Both the position numbers and the translations under genes were made by a program. A stretch of 64,000 nt of DNA from Fimicolochytrium jonesii (lineage: Eukaryota). A model generated the notes under the pieces. That model ran no database searches, had not been told where the DNA came from, and was given only the letters and a program-made list of their open reading frames with translations. This document shows, in pieces, positions 35,229-48,653 of this stretch (positions are counted from its first letter, which is position 1; each line of letters starts with the position of its first letter). Location: the NCBI RefSeq assembly GCF_025526975.1, contig NW_026515676.1, positions 1 to 64,000 on the forward strand, given 5' to 3'.

Positions 35229-37389
35229 GGCACCACGAAAATGGTGCATTCTGTATATATACACGTCAGAGACGAAAACTTTGCACCAGCAATTGGAGGG
35301 TATAAAAGGCCAGCTAATGTTTCATGAGCGTATTGTGGCACAGAAGCGGATGCGCGCACCTAGAGCGACACGACAAGTTCGATTGATTTTCCTCGCATTT
35401 CACAGAGGACTTTAGACTTGATCGAACTCGGAGAGGATGTAATTGCGGAGAAGATGAAAAGACCTTGAAAAGACCTTGAGTGGGATGACGATTCCGACGA
35501 ATATCGACTCAATTTTCCACCTTCTGTCCGGAAATAAATCGTCGGACAATGAATCTTGTGCGGTTTGTGGAAGTGTCCTCTTCCTCCTCACCACCACCGG
35601 CAACATAAACCTACTGCAAAGATTTTCGGAATTGTACGCCCTGCTAATGTCCCGCGAAGAAAAGACAGAGAGGAACCTCGCCGCAAGATTGGAATTTGGC
35701 GTAGATCAGTGAGCATCGAGGCCGCCGGAGTGCTTATTCGACCGGCATATGTAGGATGACATTTACAGTATATATACACGGTCCACCATTCGCGAAAAAC
35801 GCGTTCCTCACGAGGCCTGGAAGAAAAAACGTGGGATATACGCACCATGCATCATCCATAGCGGCATCCCCGTCACAGGAAAGGAAAGCTGAACTCCGGA
35901 ACCACGAAAGTGTCGCTGTCGTAGGATATTGAGTGAAAACGTCTAGGTGATCATATATTTCTGAGAGGGATTAGCGGAATATCCTGTTGCTCCGACATTC
36001 ACTATAACTCGCAAATCACCGATATAGCTTCGCCACTGCAATTGTTTTCCTGACTGCCTCGGAAAAGCGCAATCACAAGCGAGTCGAGGTATTATAGTAT
36101 ATGTAGGTGCTGCAGAACGAAGGGAACTTGACCATCATCCAGGAAAGCTGTCAGCCTCGCTGTCACCTGTATATGTCCTACTGTCAGTTTGTTACCAAGG
36201 ATCCTGGTCCCACGACGGCTGGGGGACGTTTGGTTGAGGAAGCCACCCGGGGGACACAAGTCTCCACAATGTTGACCGGGGATGTTTGGTTGAGGAAGCC
36301 ATGGACGACTTACGCGTTGCATTGCCGGTAAACGAGCCGACAAGTGAACCGACACGGTTGCCTGGCACTGGCTGGCAGAGGATCGCCCGGTAATGGTGAC
36401 CTCATGAAAGTCCTGTGAAGAATGCGCGCGTGAAATGAAAAGGAGTGGCACACAAAGACGACAAAGACAACGATGAAGGCACGATGAAAGAACGATGTAT
36501 GAGGGAAAACTTGCGGCGAAGAAGTCCTAGACACCTATAAATAAGGTAATGAGGTGCTCTTGTGGGGGATGCCTTGGTCATGAGGGAAGACAGGTCAAAA
36601 TCTGCCCATCGCGGGGCCGGATGAAGCGTGAGAGCTGCGGACTGTTATGCTTCATCTGACACGATCAGGACCTTAGTATATAGTCGTGGAGGCTGAAGTT
36701 TTGAATTGCTGGAACTTCCTGCTCTGCGTTTCACTTGTTATCGCCCGTTCCCAGGAAGTTTGCAACCATTGTATCGCAACACACAAGACGGCAGTACGAT
36801 TGCAGAGAGCTTAAGGACGCATCTCGAAAAAGGCTTGCTATTCTGGCTATCCATACCGACATCGCAACGGCTTCTATCCATCCAGACAAATAGAAGAAAG
36901 CACAGAGGACACTCTTTGGAAGGGCTAAGCTTCTTCTTTCTACTTGGACCGCTATAACAACATCGTTCAGATCGGGGTAGGATTTGGCTTTTACGAGCGG
37001 TTGAAAATGTAAGATTCCAGGTTTTATTGTAATAAAGGTGTGGAAAGATCCCAAACCTTCATGCTGTTTCGGCGCTTCTCATCTGAGTGGCTTGAGATCC
37101 CTCGCAACATCCTAACGAGGAAACACAGCCCATGCACGAACTTGTCTTCCGTGGAAGATTCTCGTTGATTCACTCACGTTTGTCAGCGTTACAGGAAGAA
37201 ACGTCTTCGAGGAAACTGGCGGGGAAGAGGCCAGTACGCGTCATTTGAGCACTTTTAGAATGCGTATTGGGAACCTTTGCAGGATTCTATACTACTCTCC
37301 TCTTTATGACGACGACAAGCCTATTTTGTGATGAGAGCCTCGTCTTTCTTGGGACTATCATGATTATTCTCTGGTACTCTATCTGGAAC

Positions 37390-37570
37390 GTCGCCAAGTG
37401 GTCAAAAGATGCGCCTCGATCTCACTTTCATGCAGACTTGGAAGCACGACGAACTCCTAACGCCAAGCGAGAAGTAGGGATCCGAGGGAAAAGGCTGGCG
37501 CCGCGATATTGGCTTTGTTGATTTGGTTTTCAGCACTTCAGGAACACGCTTCTTGGAAATATGGAGCCAT
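37390..37570 (+). repeat. Dispersed ~185-bp repeat, copy B
   Basis: Direct, indel-diverged copy of 35036-35228. Confidence 0.9.
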
Positions 37571-38516
37571 GCAGTATCGAGTTCGACGACTCGCTGACTT
37601 TGGACGTCCGGTAAGCTTGTACCATAAGCAGATGCACGTTTGGCCATGCTTATCGGACTTCCATAACTGCATGAAGTGCTGCATGACGTTCAATTCTCGA
37701 CCAGCTCTGTTTAGATTACCAGAGCCTTGCCACGACGCAGCCCTTTCTGTGTGTTTTCCCGACGATTTCATCAAAAGGGCTTTTCGAGGAACTGCAAACC
37801 CTGCAAACCTCCGGCAACCGTCATATCGAGCTAGGTTGCACCTCAAAGTCATGCTTGCAACTGCGCGGTGAAGCAAGCAATTTAGCCGCATCTCTTCTCG
37901 CGGCGGATTGAACTGCTGGACACTGCACACGTTAGCTGTGTGACGCTTCATTCAACATATCGTCACTAAAAGCATTCTCAGGGGCACGCGTCGATATGGT
38001 GAGAAGTAGATCCGGCGGATGTCGGCAAAGGAGTTTGTGGACCCATGACTCAGACTGCAACCATCTGGATTAGCAATGGCGGCAGCGCCTGCAGTTCGAA
38101 ATCCAGGAACAATCTCGGACATAGGGCGATCATGATGCAAGTTAAAAAATTTGATTGAACCATAGAACAAATCAGGGAAAGCGCAACGTCAGGAGGAGGG
38201 TCTAGCTACTGGGCAAATGAAGGGGCATAGAGTCTGTTTGGTCACACGGACGATCCGTATACGAACGAAGGAGGGGGATGCCATCCCAAAATAACAATAT
38301 CTCTGCTATGTTTTCTCAAGCAAATAACGAAGGGATATCCGGTATCCTTATCAATCACCGACATTCAGGGCGGCATGGACATACTAAGTTAAATTGGATG
38401 ATGCATGCAGATGTGAACCCTAGTTTCAGCGACATGTTCGCTGGTTCACAAAACGGCCGGCCACGGAGTTGAAGCCGGGCAATCAACCGCGACGCGTTCG
38501 ACACTTAAAAAGAGAT

Positions 38517-40113
38517 TCACGGCTCCAATATATGGTCGTTGATGTCCCCAAGCGGAGACGGGTCCAGCCTCATCTGTAGGTGATCGTCGAAAAGCTCATC
38601 TTCACACGCCGGAGCGCAGAGAGAGGGGTGCAGATACTCTTCGGCAAGATTCGACGGAGCGCGTTCGTCGTCTAGGTCGTCATTCGTCAGAGGGCCTGCG
38701 GAATGGTCGGAATGACCGTCGGATCCGGTGCCTGTATGAATGGAATCTGACCGACGATCGCTACTAGCGGATGGAGGCTCTTGCTCGTCGCTGTAGCCGA
38801 ATGGACCCCTGGACGACGATCCGCGCGACACATCCAGCGATTCATGAATCGAACTCGGGTAACGCATCGTTTGCATTTGAGGCGGCATTGACGCGTCGGG
38901 GCTAGCATAATCACGGTGGCGTTCGTACGCACTGCTTCTACGACGATTCATCCCATGGTCAGGAGATTGGCGAGTGGTGCTCGATGACGCAGGCATACTG
39001 CCGGCTCGCGGAGGATGATCGGGGTTCGAATGCGATTGAGGGGTGATGTCGATGCCGTCGAGGCTAACTCTGTGTTTCTTCAAAGCGCTTTCGCGTCGTT
39101 TCTTCAGGGGCGTATACTTGTATCCGGGATACCTCAACGCATGATCTTTGCGACCTTGTTCTGCCTTTCGACGATAGTGCTCCTTGACATTCTCGCTTTC
39201 TCCACGCCACATCTCGCCAATGATGACCGAGATGTCCTTGTTGTTGGCCCCGGCGTGCTTGGCCAGTACTTCATGTTGCTTGTCCATTCGATCTGCAGCG
39301 AGAATAAGTGGTAGATGTTAGACAATGCTGACTTATCATGCTCTGCATGTAATACGGCAACATCAGCATGTATGAACTTCTGTACTCACAGGTCATAAAC
39401 GAGTTGGCAGGTCGAGGTATCCGCTTCGGGGCCGCTGGTGGAGGTGGGGGCGGTGGCCTCGCATGTTCAAACATGACCAAAGGGTTTATGGAGGGAACCG
39501 TGAACTGGGTCACCAGATTCGTCGTGACTGGTAATTGCGATGTCTGGCCTGTCTGAACCAGGATCGGTGTGTAGCCATCGGGGACGATGCAGTACTGTTG
39601 ACTCCCACTATTGTACAATTGGGAGGGAATGACTCGGGGAGCACTCATCGAGGGCAACGGCGCTGTAGCGTACAGCGGTTGAACTGGGAGGAGGCTCTGC
39701 GATTGATGATGAATCAAAGTAGGTTGTTGTGGAAGTGACATAGGCTGCGAGGTGGCTGGCTGGAACTGCAGATGCTGAAGCTGCTGCGGCATAAGCATAG
39801 GATGCTGATGTTGTTGCAGCGGCGTCGCAGGCGGGACCTGTTGCTGTTGTTGCTGTTGCTGTTGCTGTTGCTGTTGCCAAAGTTGCTGTTGTTGAAGAAC
39901 ATGCTGCGGAGCTTGAGCCTGACCTTGATTTTGACCCTGCTGGCGCATAGCCGTAATCAAGTTCATCATCTCAAGATTTGGTCCCGAGGCATACGAAGGA
40001 GGCGCTTGGATGGGGTGTTGTCCGACGACCAAGGGCTGAGAACCCATCTGGGAGGGCTCCCCGCCAGACTGCACGTACGAATAGGTCGATGTGGGTATCT
40101 GCGCGTAATGCAT
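38517..40113 (-). CDS. MATA/SOX-type HMG-box transcription factor with polyQ N-terminus; intron 39293-39389
   Basis: Spliced: KRIPRPANSFMTYRMDKQHEVLAKHAGANNKDISVIIGEMWRGESENVKEHYRRKAEQGRKDHALRYPGYKYTPLKKR. Confidence 0.93.
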
Positions 40114-40708
40114 TCTGTTCCAGGTTCGATGAATGCCGAGTCCTCGATGCGCACTGTGGGAGACGTTCTATACGCTTTCGACAAACAAAGCACGAAATCT
40201 GCGAGCCGCCGGTTTAGTGAAGTATTCCTCGACCCAGATGTTTGTCGAGACGCGAGATGCCAGGAGGGTGATCATAAAGTGAATAGATTCGGTTTACGGT
40301 TGTCGGTTGGAAGTCGGGCTGACTATGGGGAAGTTCAAGGAGAGCCGGGGATGTAAGTACCTCTTGAGAACCGGTGTGAGAGCCGGATCCTCCTTTATGT
40401 GCTTCTTAAAACCGATTGGTCGTTGGGAAGCTGCTTACTTGCTGTCGAGTGTCGAGTTCCTGCACACTGTGTACTTCTAGAGTCCGCTGTGTCCCTCGTC
40501 TGCGCGGAAAGTATTCATCCGGAGCGTTCAAGGCTTGGCTCGGGAGACAGTTTTGTAACAAAGAACGTATGTTTGACCGGTTTTCTTTGGAAACTCCTCT
40601 TTTTCGGGAAGCTTGGGCTCAGGCAGAGCCGCCAGTTGGACGCAAGCCCTGGTGCTCTAGGGGATTGGTTGGAGCGGTATCCAATACTGCACGGTTTTTT
40701 CCAACATA

Positions 40709-41191
40709 CAGTACCACGACAAAAGTTTTCGGAACGCACGCGTTTCAATTATAAACAATTAGAAAAATCGCTTATCGAAGGGCTTTAATTGACAACCATG
40801 CATACTGGACTTTAGCGCATGGGAGTGATACGGTTGGATTGCCCGGAAGCAGGAGCATATTCAATCTACATAGTAGTCAAGTCTGAAAACTGTCTGGTTG
40901 TCAAGTTATAGAAGTCAGAGGAGCAGTCCTCCCATAATTGATTTTCGGGTCCAATTAGAGAAAAAACTCAAACCAATCTTCCGCATGGTATTCTGCCCAA
41001 ACCAACTTGACAAAGCGCATGGCCAGTTATAAGGAAAACAAGCGGATCAACATGAAGCTTATATTCGTCTCTATGGGCGGATTTAAGTTTAGTGCATAAT
41101 TGTGGATTTTACCCAGTAGCAAAAGAAGACGGATTTTCTAATTGATTATAATTGAAACGCGTGCATTCCGAAAACTTTCGTCGTCGTACTG
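40709..41191. mobile_element. Non-autonomous Tc1/mariner element (MITE), 483 bp
   Basis: TA|CAGTACCACGACAAAAGTTTTCGGAA…TTCCGAAAACTTTCGTCGTCGTACTG|TA: ~60-bp imperfect TIRs starting CAGT, TA target duplication, no transposase. Confidence 0.88.
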
Positions 41192-41950
41192 TACGTTCGT
41201 GGAATATGCTCGGATTTCGGCGTGAACTCAGTGCGTTCCATTCTATTCCCCTGAGCGTTGCCCGCAGGGGTCTGCTGTGACTCTCCTGAGTTGACCAGCT
41301 TGCCTTGGTTACATCAAGGGGAACGTGCAAATGAATGGGTGTCTGCAGTGAACGCAGCACAATTTGGAAGGGTCGGAGGTACAGTACGACATTGATGTTG
41401 TTATGAACCTAAGGGCCCGCGCGTCTATAATCTAGGTGCTACGACTAACGCAGATCTCGCGCGTTCCCCAATCCATGGGACACTACCGTTCGCCGACATC
41501 TGGGACTCTGGGAGCAACTGGGAGGTCTACCGTACACCCAAGGACTTGCCAAGATCCGCAGGGAAACAGCCTTTCCTGTCAAGGACCAGAGCCGTCGTCA
41601 TCATTACCGGGCGGTTTCTATGATCCGGCATGTTCACTATGATTCATGTGCGTGCATTCATACTGATCCCTACATCCATACGATAAGCAGTCGCATATAA
41701 GGTGTTGAAGGAGGTCCTTGGGTCCCAGGGTCATCTCCTCCGAGAACTCCGCTTGGGAATGAACCAGGCATGTGAGGCGATTCTATTGTCACGGCTCTGG
41801 TTTTGTTCCGCGCTGTCGAAATACAGTCAATCCAAATTGATATTATCCTCGCTGAACGACGAACCTGATCGCAAATCCTCCTCCCCAATGAAATCGCCAT
41901 TTCAAACTCCGACAGCTTCACACTCAGGGTGTATGTGATGCGATGATAGG

Positions 41951-44900
41951 GTGAGAAGTGGCCTTATACAAAATGCGCCGATGCATTTGCGTACCGGGGC
42001 AGCTACCGTGCGACTTGTAGCGCACACATCAGTCTCGATGGCAAGCCACAATCAGGGTAGGAGAGAGACAGGTGCAAGGGCGCAATTCGAAAGTGATAGT
42101 CAAAACCTGCAGCATATTTTGGCACGGAATCGCGGCAAGAAGATTCGGAGAAGTCGGAGTCTGCCTAGCATCCCCAGCTCATACGATGATGACCAGCCAC
42201 CGCTATCGCCATCAAATCCGGGAGGTTCGGGCACCCTCAAGGTCATACAGGGACGCGGATGGGTCCCTCGCATGGTAGCAACACTAGATCCGAGAGTAGG
42301 CGAGAGCGCGCAAGATGAGGGACGGATCTTGAAGCGTGTGCCTCCCTCGCCAACAAGGTTGGAGGGTCCAACGCCGGTTCTTCGTACAGAGAACGTTTCG
42401 GAAATGACCAATCCCGCCGGAATGCAGAGTGAGGGTATGGAGTTGACCGTCGGGCCCCCAGGTGACTCCTCTGGCCGATCTTCGCGAATTGAGCCGGACT
42501 CTGGGTCAAGATCTAGCCGGCCTTCCTCCAGTGATATTCCCAGGAGTTCATTAACTATGGGGGAGGTCATTGGGCAACCTCCTCAACGGAAGCCGCCGCC
42601 CGTTCCCATGACCAGATCAAAAACCTCAGGAAGGAAAAACAAACCAGCTCCGCAGGCTCCTGGGAGGTCATTATCAGAGCAGGCGACAATATCGTCCATT
42701 GCCGAGCAGCCAATACCTGAACCTGGCCTGACGGGACAAAGGGAATTCTCGGCGGCAAAACAGCAGAGAGATCATCTTCTCCTAGTTGCTGAGCACATCA
42801 TTGGAACAGCGAGAAATGAGGGTCTCACGACCACTGATACGCAATATGGTGATGATATTCAGCAGCGAGTTAACGAGATCGAGCAAGGTAGTTGGAATAT
42901 TTGGAATAATTCACACTTACGTCTTTTGAACTTTGATCTGACGCGCTAGCCCATACCTAGAGATCTTTAAGGCGACCGCTGCCACGGCGCTCTCGGGCAA
43001 CTCCGAAAGTGCTGATTTGGAGCTCTTCTCCAGCGTTGGGCCGATTGGGTCGAAACTGGGAGAGCTCGGTAACGTCATTCGAGCACCGAATAGAGCCTCC
43101 CTGATCGAGATGCTTTCTTCGATTCCTGTCCCCCAAGGAAGTAACGCAGCGATCAACGTGCGTGGGGGGCAATCCCACCGCTCTGTTGGAGTCGACCTAG
43201 CAGCATCGTCCATTGGGAAACTGACGGGGGGACAACCGGGATGGACGCACCCAGTGAGCAGCGGCGAGATATATGCGGCATCACCAGCGGTACCCGCATA
43301 TGACACTTCGTACTCTGTCTCGAACTTTTCCCCAAATGCTGTCTTCAATCCGTTGGCACCTACAGCAACCACGGCATCGGCTGTTGGGCGACTTGAAAAC
43401 TCGGCTGGCGGAGGCGCTTTCGGTGAGCCGGCCATTACTCCTTCATCCGTAGGCAAAATGGAGGGTCCTATCCACATTCAAACGGAATTTGCATTCCCGA
43501 CTGGATCCGGAACAGTTGGAGCATATCCCGTGCAAAGGGCGATTTCAGCTCAAACTGTGAAGTCCAAAGCCGCACAACCCATTTTGACCCCGGAAATATC
43601 AATGGGAATTGGCAAGCTACCCCCGGAAGGCTCGGCGCAGGCATCTGGCACGGGACCAACGTATTACGTGGATTGGTCCCCGCAAGACGGGATGAAAAGC
43701 ACATTGGCAACCGGGAGCGGGGAGATTTCCGCCGTACACAGAAATTCGGAGCCTACAGCCCGGTCTGTCCGGGACTTGAATGCACCTGCGCGGCGACCAA
43801 TTGATGTCAGGGGCCCAACGGACCGTGCGGAGAAGATCTTTGACGCCGACCCTCCGAAAGCATCATCAATCTTCGGAAAGCGAAGCGAGAAGAAGAAAAA
43901 ACAAAGCGACATTGGAAAAGGAAAAGCTAAATGGGAACCTGAGGATGACGGTTCGTCTGAATTCTCGTTCGATGAAACCAAAGTTTCCGGCCTCGCGAAA
44001 TCGCAATCCATCGAAGAGATGCCACGGGAGAGTATCAAAGTGCGTAAACCACGGGGCGACGCTGGCGATGAAGCTGAGGACGGAGAGGGCGGACCATCCG
44101 TCGAGGTCCACGATGTATATGAAACTCGTCGGAAGTTGCGCATGTGCCCTTGGATCTCCTGGAAAGTAGATAACAAAGGTGAAGACGGGGACCAAAAAAA
44201 ACGCAAATTGAAACGTGCTAATAAAGCGCGCAGGAGTTACTGGGCATGCTGCGGACGATGCTGCTCTTGTGCAGCCTTCGCACGAGGAGTCTGCGGTGGA
44301 CTCTGTCTGATTTTTACGGCTGTTCTCTTGTTCACCAACCTCATTATCCTCAACATCGGCGTTGTGCGAGACTCCATCACCGCGAAAGCCGCTATAGCGG
44401 CATTGCAGCAAATCTCGGGAGTGAACTTCACGGTCACCGTGGAGATGGCGGTCCCAACATCAAATGCAGCGCCCGTCTTCTCTTCAACGCATCAGCCGGC
44501 TTTGCTTTCCTCCTCCACCATCAATTTGCCTGCCCCCTCCACTTCACAACCTTTTTCGACGTCTTCCATTGCCGCGTTAGTACCTGTATATACATCGCCT
44601 TCGCCCTCTTCTGCTTATGTGACGACGAGTACATTGTTCACGTCAATATTACTCTCCAGCGTACCCTCGTTGACATCAACACCCTCGAGCACATCCTCAA
44701 CTTCCACATCATTTGAATCGGCATCAACTCTGAGCCGTTCCGCGGTGATAACCTCGACACCAGTGACGACTAGTTCGGAGATCACTAACAACGCGCCCAG
44801 TCCTCCGCCGAGCATCACAACTATATCCAACCCTACATCGACATCCCCGTCGACAACATCCATCGCTCCTCCAGCGTCTACGTCCGTCCGCTCCACCTCA

Positions 44901-47593
44901 TCCTCGGCAACACCCACTTCGTCATCGTTTACGACCGACTCAATATTCTCAAGTTCAAGTATTACATCCTCGATTCTTCCCTTATCCATATCCACATCCA
45001 CATCCACATCCATATCCACATTCACGTCCGCATCCACATCGACATCCACATCCCCATCCGCATCCGCATCCACATCCACGTCCGCATCCGCATCCACATC
45101 GACATCCACATCCCCATCCGCATCCGCATCCACATCCACATTCGAATCCGAACCCGCATCCGCATCCACATCCACATCCGAATCCGCATCCGCATCCACA
45201 TCCACATCCACATCCACATCCACATCCACATCCACATCCACATCCACATCCACATCCACATCCACATCCACATCCACATCCACATCCATCTCTTCCATCT
45301 TCCCGTCGACATCAACGACGTACACGACGCCAGACGCGAGCAGCAGCATCACGTCCGACAGCTCGACAATAACTTCCGAGACCACAAGTAGCTCGCAAGG
45401 ATCGAGCAACTCCAGTACCATAGCAGCAGCTGACAGCTCGAGCACCGCTACTAGTAGCTCTGTCACAATCACAGCTTCCGCCACTTCCGACGCATCCTCC
45501 ACGACGCCGACCACGTCCGAGGATACGACGAGCTCGGCAACCTCAAGCACATCAGATGCCGCGAGCACAAGGACAATCTCGGATGTCAGCAGCAGCTCCA
45601 CAACGACCTCTGATGCCAGCAGCACAACGACAATCTCGGATGTCAGCAGTAGCTCCACGACGACTTCTGATGCCAGCAGCACAACGACAATCTCAGATGT
45701 CAGCAGCAGCTCCACGACGACCTCTGATGCCAGCAGCACAACGACAATCTTGGATGTCAGCAGCGGCTCCACGACGACCTCTGATGCTAGCAGCACAACA
45801 ACAATCTCGGATGTCAGCAGCAGCTCCACGACGACCTCTGATGCTAGCAGCACAACGACAACCTCTGAGACCAGCAGCTCCATCACTTCTAATGCCAGCA
45901 GCACAACTGCAACCTCTGAGACCAGCAGCTCCATCACTTCTGATGCCATTAGCTCAACTGCAACCTCTGAGACCAGCAGCTCCATCACTTCTGATGCCAG
46001 TAGCAGAACGACAACCTCTGAGACCAGCAGCTCCATCACTTCTGATGCCAGCAGCTCAACGACAACCTCGGATACCAGTAGCTCCGCCACATCAACCACT
46101 TACACCACGGCAACAACCACGACATCATCGGTCGCGGCAGAGCCAGTCCCAACGCGAACGTGGCCGAATTCGGACAACTCAAAGGCGGCAGGCATTCCCT
46201 TAGACTCGACAGATCTATCCCTTCGCACACAATGCGTGGACGCGTACACGCAAACCAGCGGAGCTCCCTACCCTGCCAATTCTGCTGACCCTGCCGTGGT
46301 CTCGTTCCTGTCGACAACATGCCGGAATACTTGCCTCACGGACATCGGGGTCTTGCCCACGAACGTACTCAACTTTTGCGTGATGGGGCTGTTCAGCTAC
46401 GACAATGGCTACATTACTGGGTTCTTGTTGAACAATGATCCGTGTACATGGACAACGGACACGAACAACTTTGTCACTTGCGATAGTACTTCCAATGGGA
46501 TAACTGCCTTGTAAGTTCTGCGTGCGCTTGGGAAGATGCCTCGCACAAGAGTCCCGCGGAAGGGTGGCACTGACACGCTTCCACATGTATAAAACTATAT
46601 AGGAATGTTGTCAATGCCTTGACGGCTGGGATGCCCGGCTATATGCGGTGGCTCGTGTCCATGACAGCCCTGTAAGTCCGACATCTCATGTTATTCGTTA
46701 AGAACATCGCGATTGACAGTGGACAACAGGACGGTAGATGGCTCACCTGGAACCTCTGGGGGGGCTTCCTGGTCGGCGGACTTCTGGAGACTACCAAATC
46801 TGGCATACTTGTAAGTGGGGGCAGGATGGTCGGTACTGGCTGTTGAACACTGACATTACGAACAGGAGCGCAAGCAGCGGAGATTGGAATATCGTCATTC
46901 CCCCATACGACGGTGCTCAAACGTTCCCAAACATGATCCCAGCGCTGAATCACCTGTGAGTATATGTAAAGGAGAGCTCGGTGGCTCCATCTGGGATCCT
47001 TCTGATATGTTCAACCGTCTCAAGTCTATTTTCGGGAATTACGGGCACCATATCATTGAACGATGCTCTGGGTACCGCGCCCATGAATGACCTGTGAGTG
47101 GGACTACGAGAATGCTTCTGCATTGCGAGTGCCCAACCTCATGGCTAAACTGCTTCTTTAGGGCAATTGATTATTGCACTGGGTTGACAGACGACATAGG
47201 GACATACACATGGATGGCAGAGAGTCCCGACCACAACAACCAGTGGCAGACGTCTCTAACGTCACTGTCGATCACCTTCTCTGGCCTGACGGGCATTTTC
47301 CCCGTGCAATGGGGTCTCTTCCAAAACATTCAAGCTATGTAAGTTTCCGAAATCAAGCGTCCATGGAGACCGATGATAGACGAGGCATACTAAATTGAGA
47401 TTTCCGTAATTCTGTCCTCAGATATCTCAGCGGGAATCAAATGTCCGGAGTCATCCCCAGTGGGGCTTGTAACTGGCCAAACATGCCGCAGACAGGCGGC
47501 ACCCTTGCTACCGATTATCTATGTGACGTTAGAGGCAATGCAGCAGTTATTGATAACAGAAACTGCCTAGCGTGCAATCCCGATATTTACTAG
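41951..47593 (+). CDS. Large type II membrane protein: disordered N-terminus, single TM, Ser/Thr mucin-like stalk, C-terminal Cys-capped LRR-like domain (multi-exon)
   Basis: Intron 42888-42960 joins ORFs 41951..42949 and 43017..46514 in frame; TM GLCLIFTAVLLFTNLIILNIGVV after a Cys cluster; short 3' exons give LTSLSITFSGLTGIFPVQWGLFQNIQAIYLSGNQMSGVIP and stop at 47591-47593. Start may be ATG 42038. Confidence 0.75.
44985..46090 (+). repeat. Coding tandem repeats: (TCCACA)n Ser-Thr run, then 60-bp and 30-bp-based units
   Basis: STSTST run ~44990-45290; SDASSTTTISDVSSSSTTT-type units ~45550-45860; SETSSSITSDASS-type units to ~46080. Confidence 0.95.
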
Positions 47594-47931
47594 ATTATTC
47601 GGCTTATATGCAATGATATTCTTGTACGGAGTGCCTCGCCCGCAGTCCCTTTGAGTTTATGAAAACCCACTCACGAAGATCGTTTTTGATTTGTTTTGCA
47701 TCAGTCGCCTTGACCGCCTCGGTGTAAAGATAAGGTAAGAGAATTGGTATCATTGGATTCTCCGTGATAAGAAGTAACTACGTTCATGGGAGGGAATCTA
47801 GGTTTAATGACAAGAAAATAGGGTGGTTATACGGCTGATCCAGGAAACGGCTTCGCTTACATTGACATAATGAAATCCGGAGCGATGAGAATACTTTACC
47901 GGTTCGGATACCAGGATCTGCCTAATCCTGT

Positions 47932-48288
47932 TCAAATCAAAACCGGTGTCGATCTGTGCAATGCAACTTCAAGGTTGGTAAGGTTTTTGTGAGAACGCAT
48001 GTGCAGCAAAGATAATACCTCTATACGGTTTATGATCATTGGTGGTTGATGGTCGTCGTGCCTCACGATGCCGTAGTTCTTTACCTGAGCCCAGTCGATA
48101 AGCTTCCAGCCTCGACGTTCAGCTCTTTCAGCTTCAATCGAAGAGCCTACCGGCAATTCCAATGGCTTCACCCCCGCAGACCTCAGCCGGTCCGCCTCGC
48201 AGGCACGTTGGCTCAAAATGTACGCTTTTGCCACTTCGTCTACCTCATCCATTTCCTCGAATTCCTCCGGAACAGTCGGCTCCGTCAT
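47932..48288 (-). CDS. Hypothetical protein (3' end uncertain)
   Basis: ATG-initiated 118-aa ORF with protein-like composition and a possible splice donor after …INRIE; no family recognised. Confidence 0.4.
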   Translation of the reverse strand: MTEPTVPEEFEEMDEVDEVAKAYILSQRACEADRLRSAGVKPLELPVGSSIEAERAERRGWKLIDWAQVKNYGIVRHDDHQPPMIINRIEVLSLLHMRSHKNLTNLEVALHRSTPVLI

Positions 48289-48653
48289 GGTTGAGTATGG
48301 GAATAAGCTTGTCTGGTGCTAAAGGTGGGCTGTCAACAACTAATATACAGATATACTGAAAACTAGTGTAGCAAAAACTATCTACGATTTCTTCCCAAGT
48401 TTCACGGCCTTGTAAACAAATGCGCCGGAGGACCTTCAAAGTCGTGCAATAACTTCATAGTACAACACTCATGAGCAATTTCCCATCTGTAGTTGCCCAA
48501 AGCCCATGAAGGAAACGGCTATCAACGATATATGATTTTTGTAGCATCATTCTATGCAACGGGCAGTAGTGACTCGGTAGGCATCGGTGGGCATGCGCCG
48601 GCCGGCGCCAATTAGAGGGATGAACGCCTACGGAAGAGGAGTCTACAAGCTGA

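Noticed and set aside
33900..38480. Pheromone precursor or receptor genes between HD and HMG
   Set aside because: No listed ORF ends in a CAAX motif and no 7-TM ORF is visible; ORFs under 60 aa were not systematically examined.
44615..46099. 494-aa antisense ORF (and the MWMW frame 45022..45315)
   Set aside because: Shadow frames of the Ser/Thr repeat on the coding strand.
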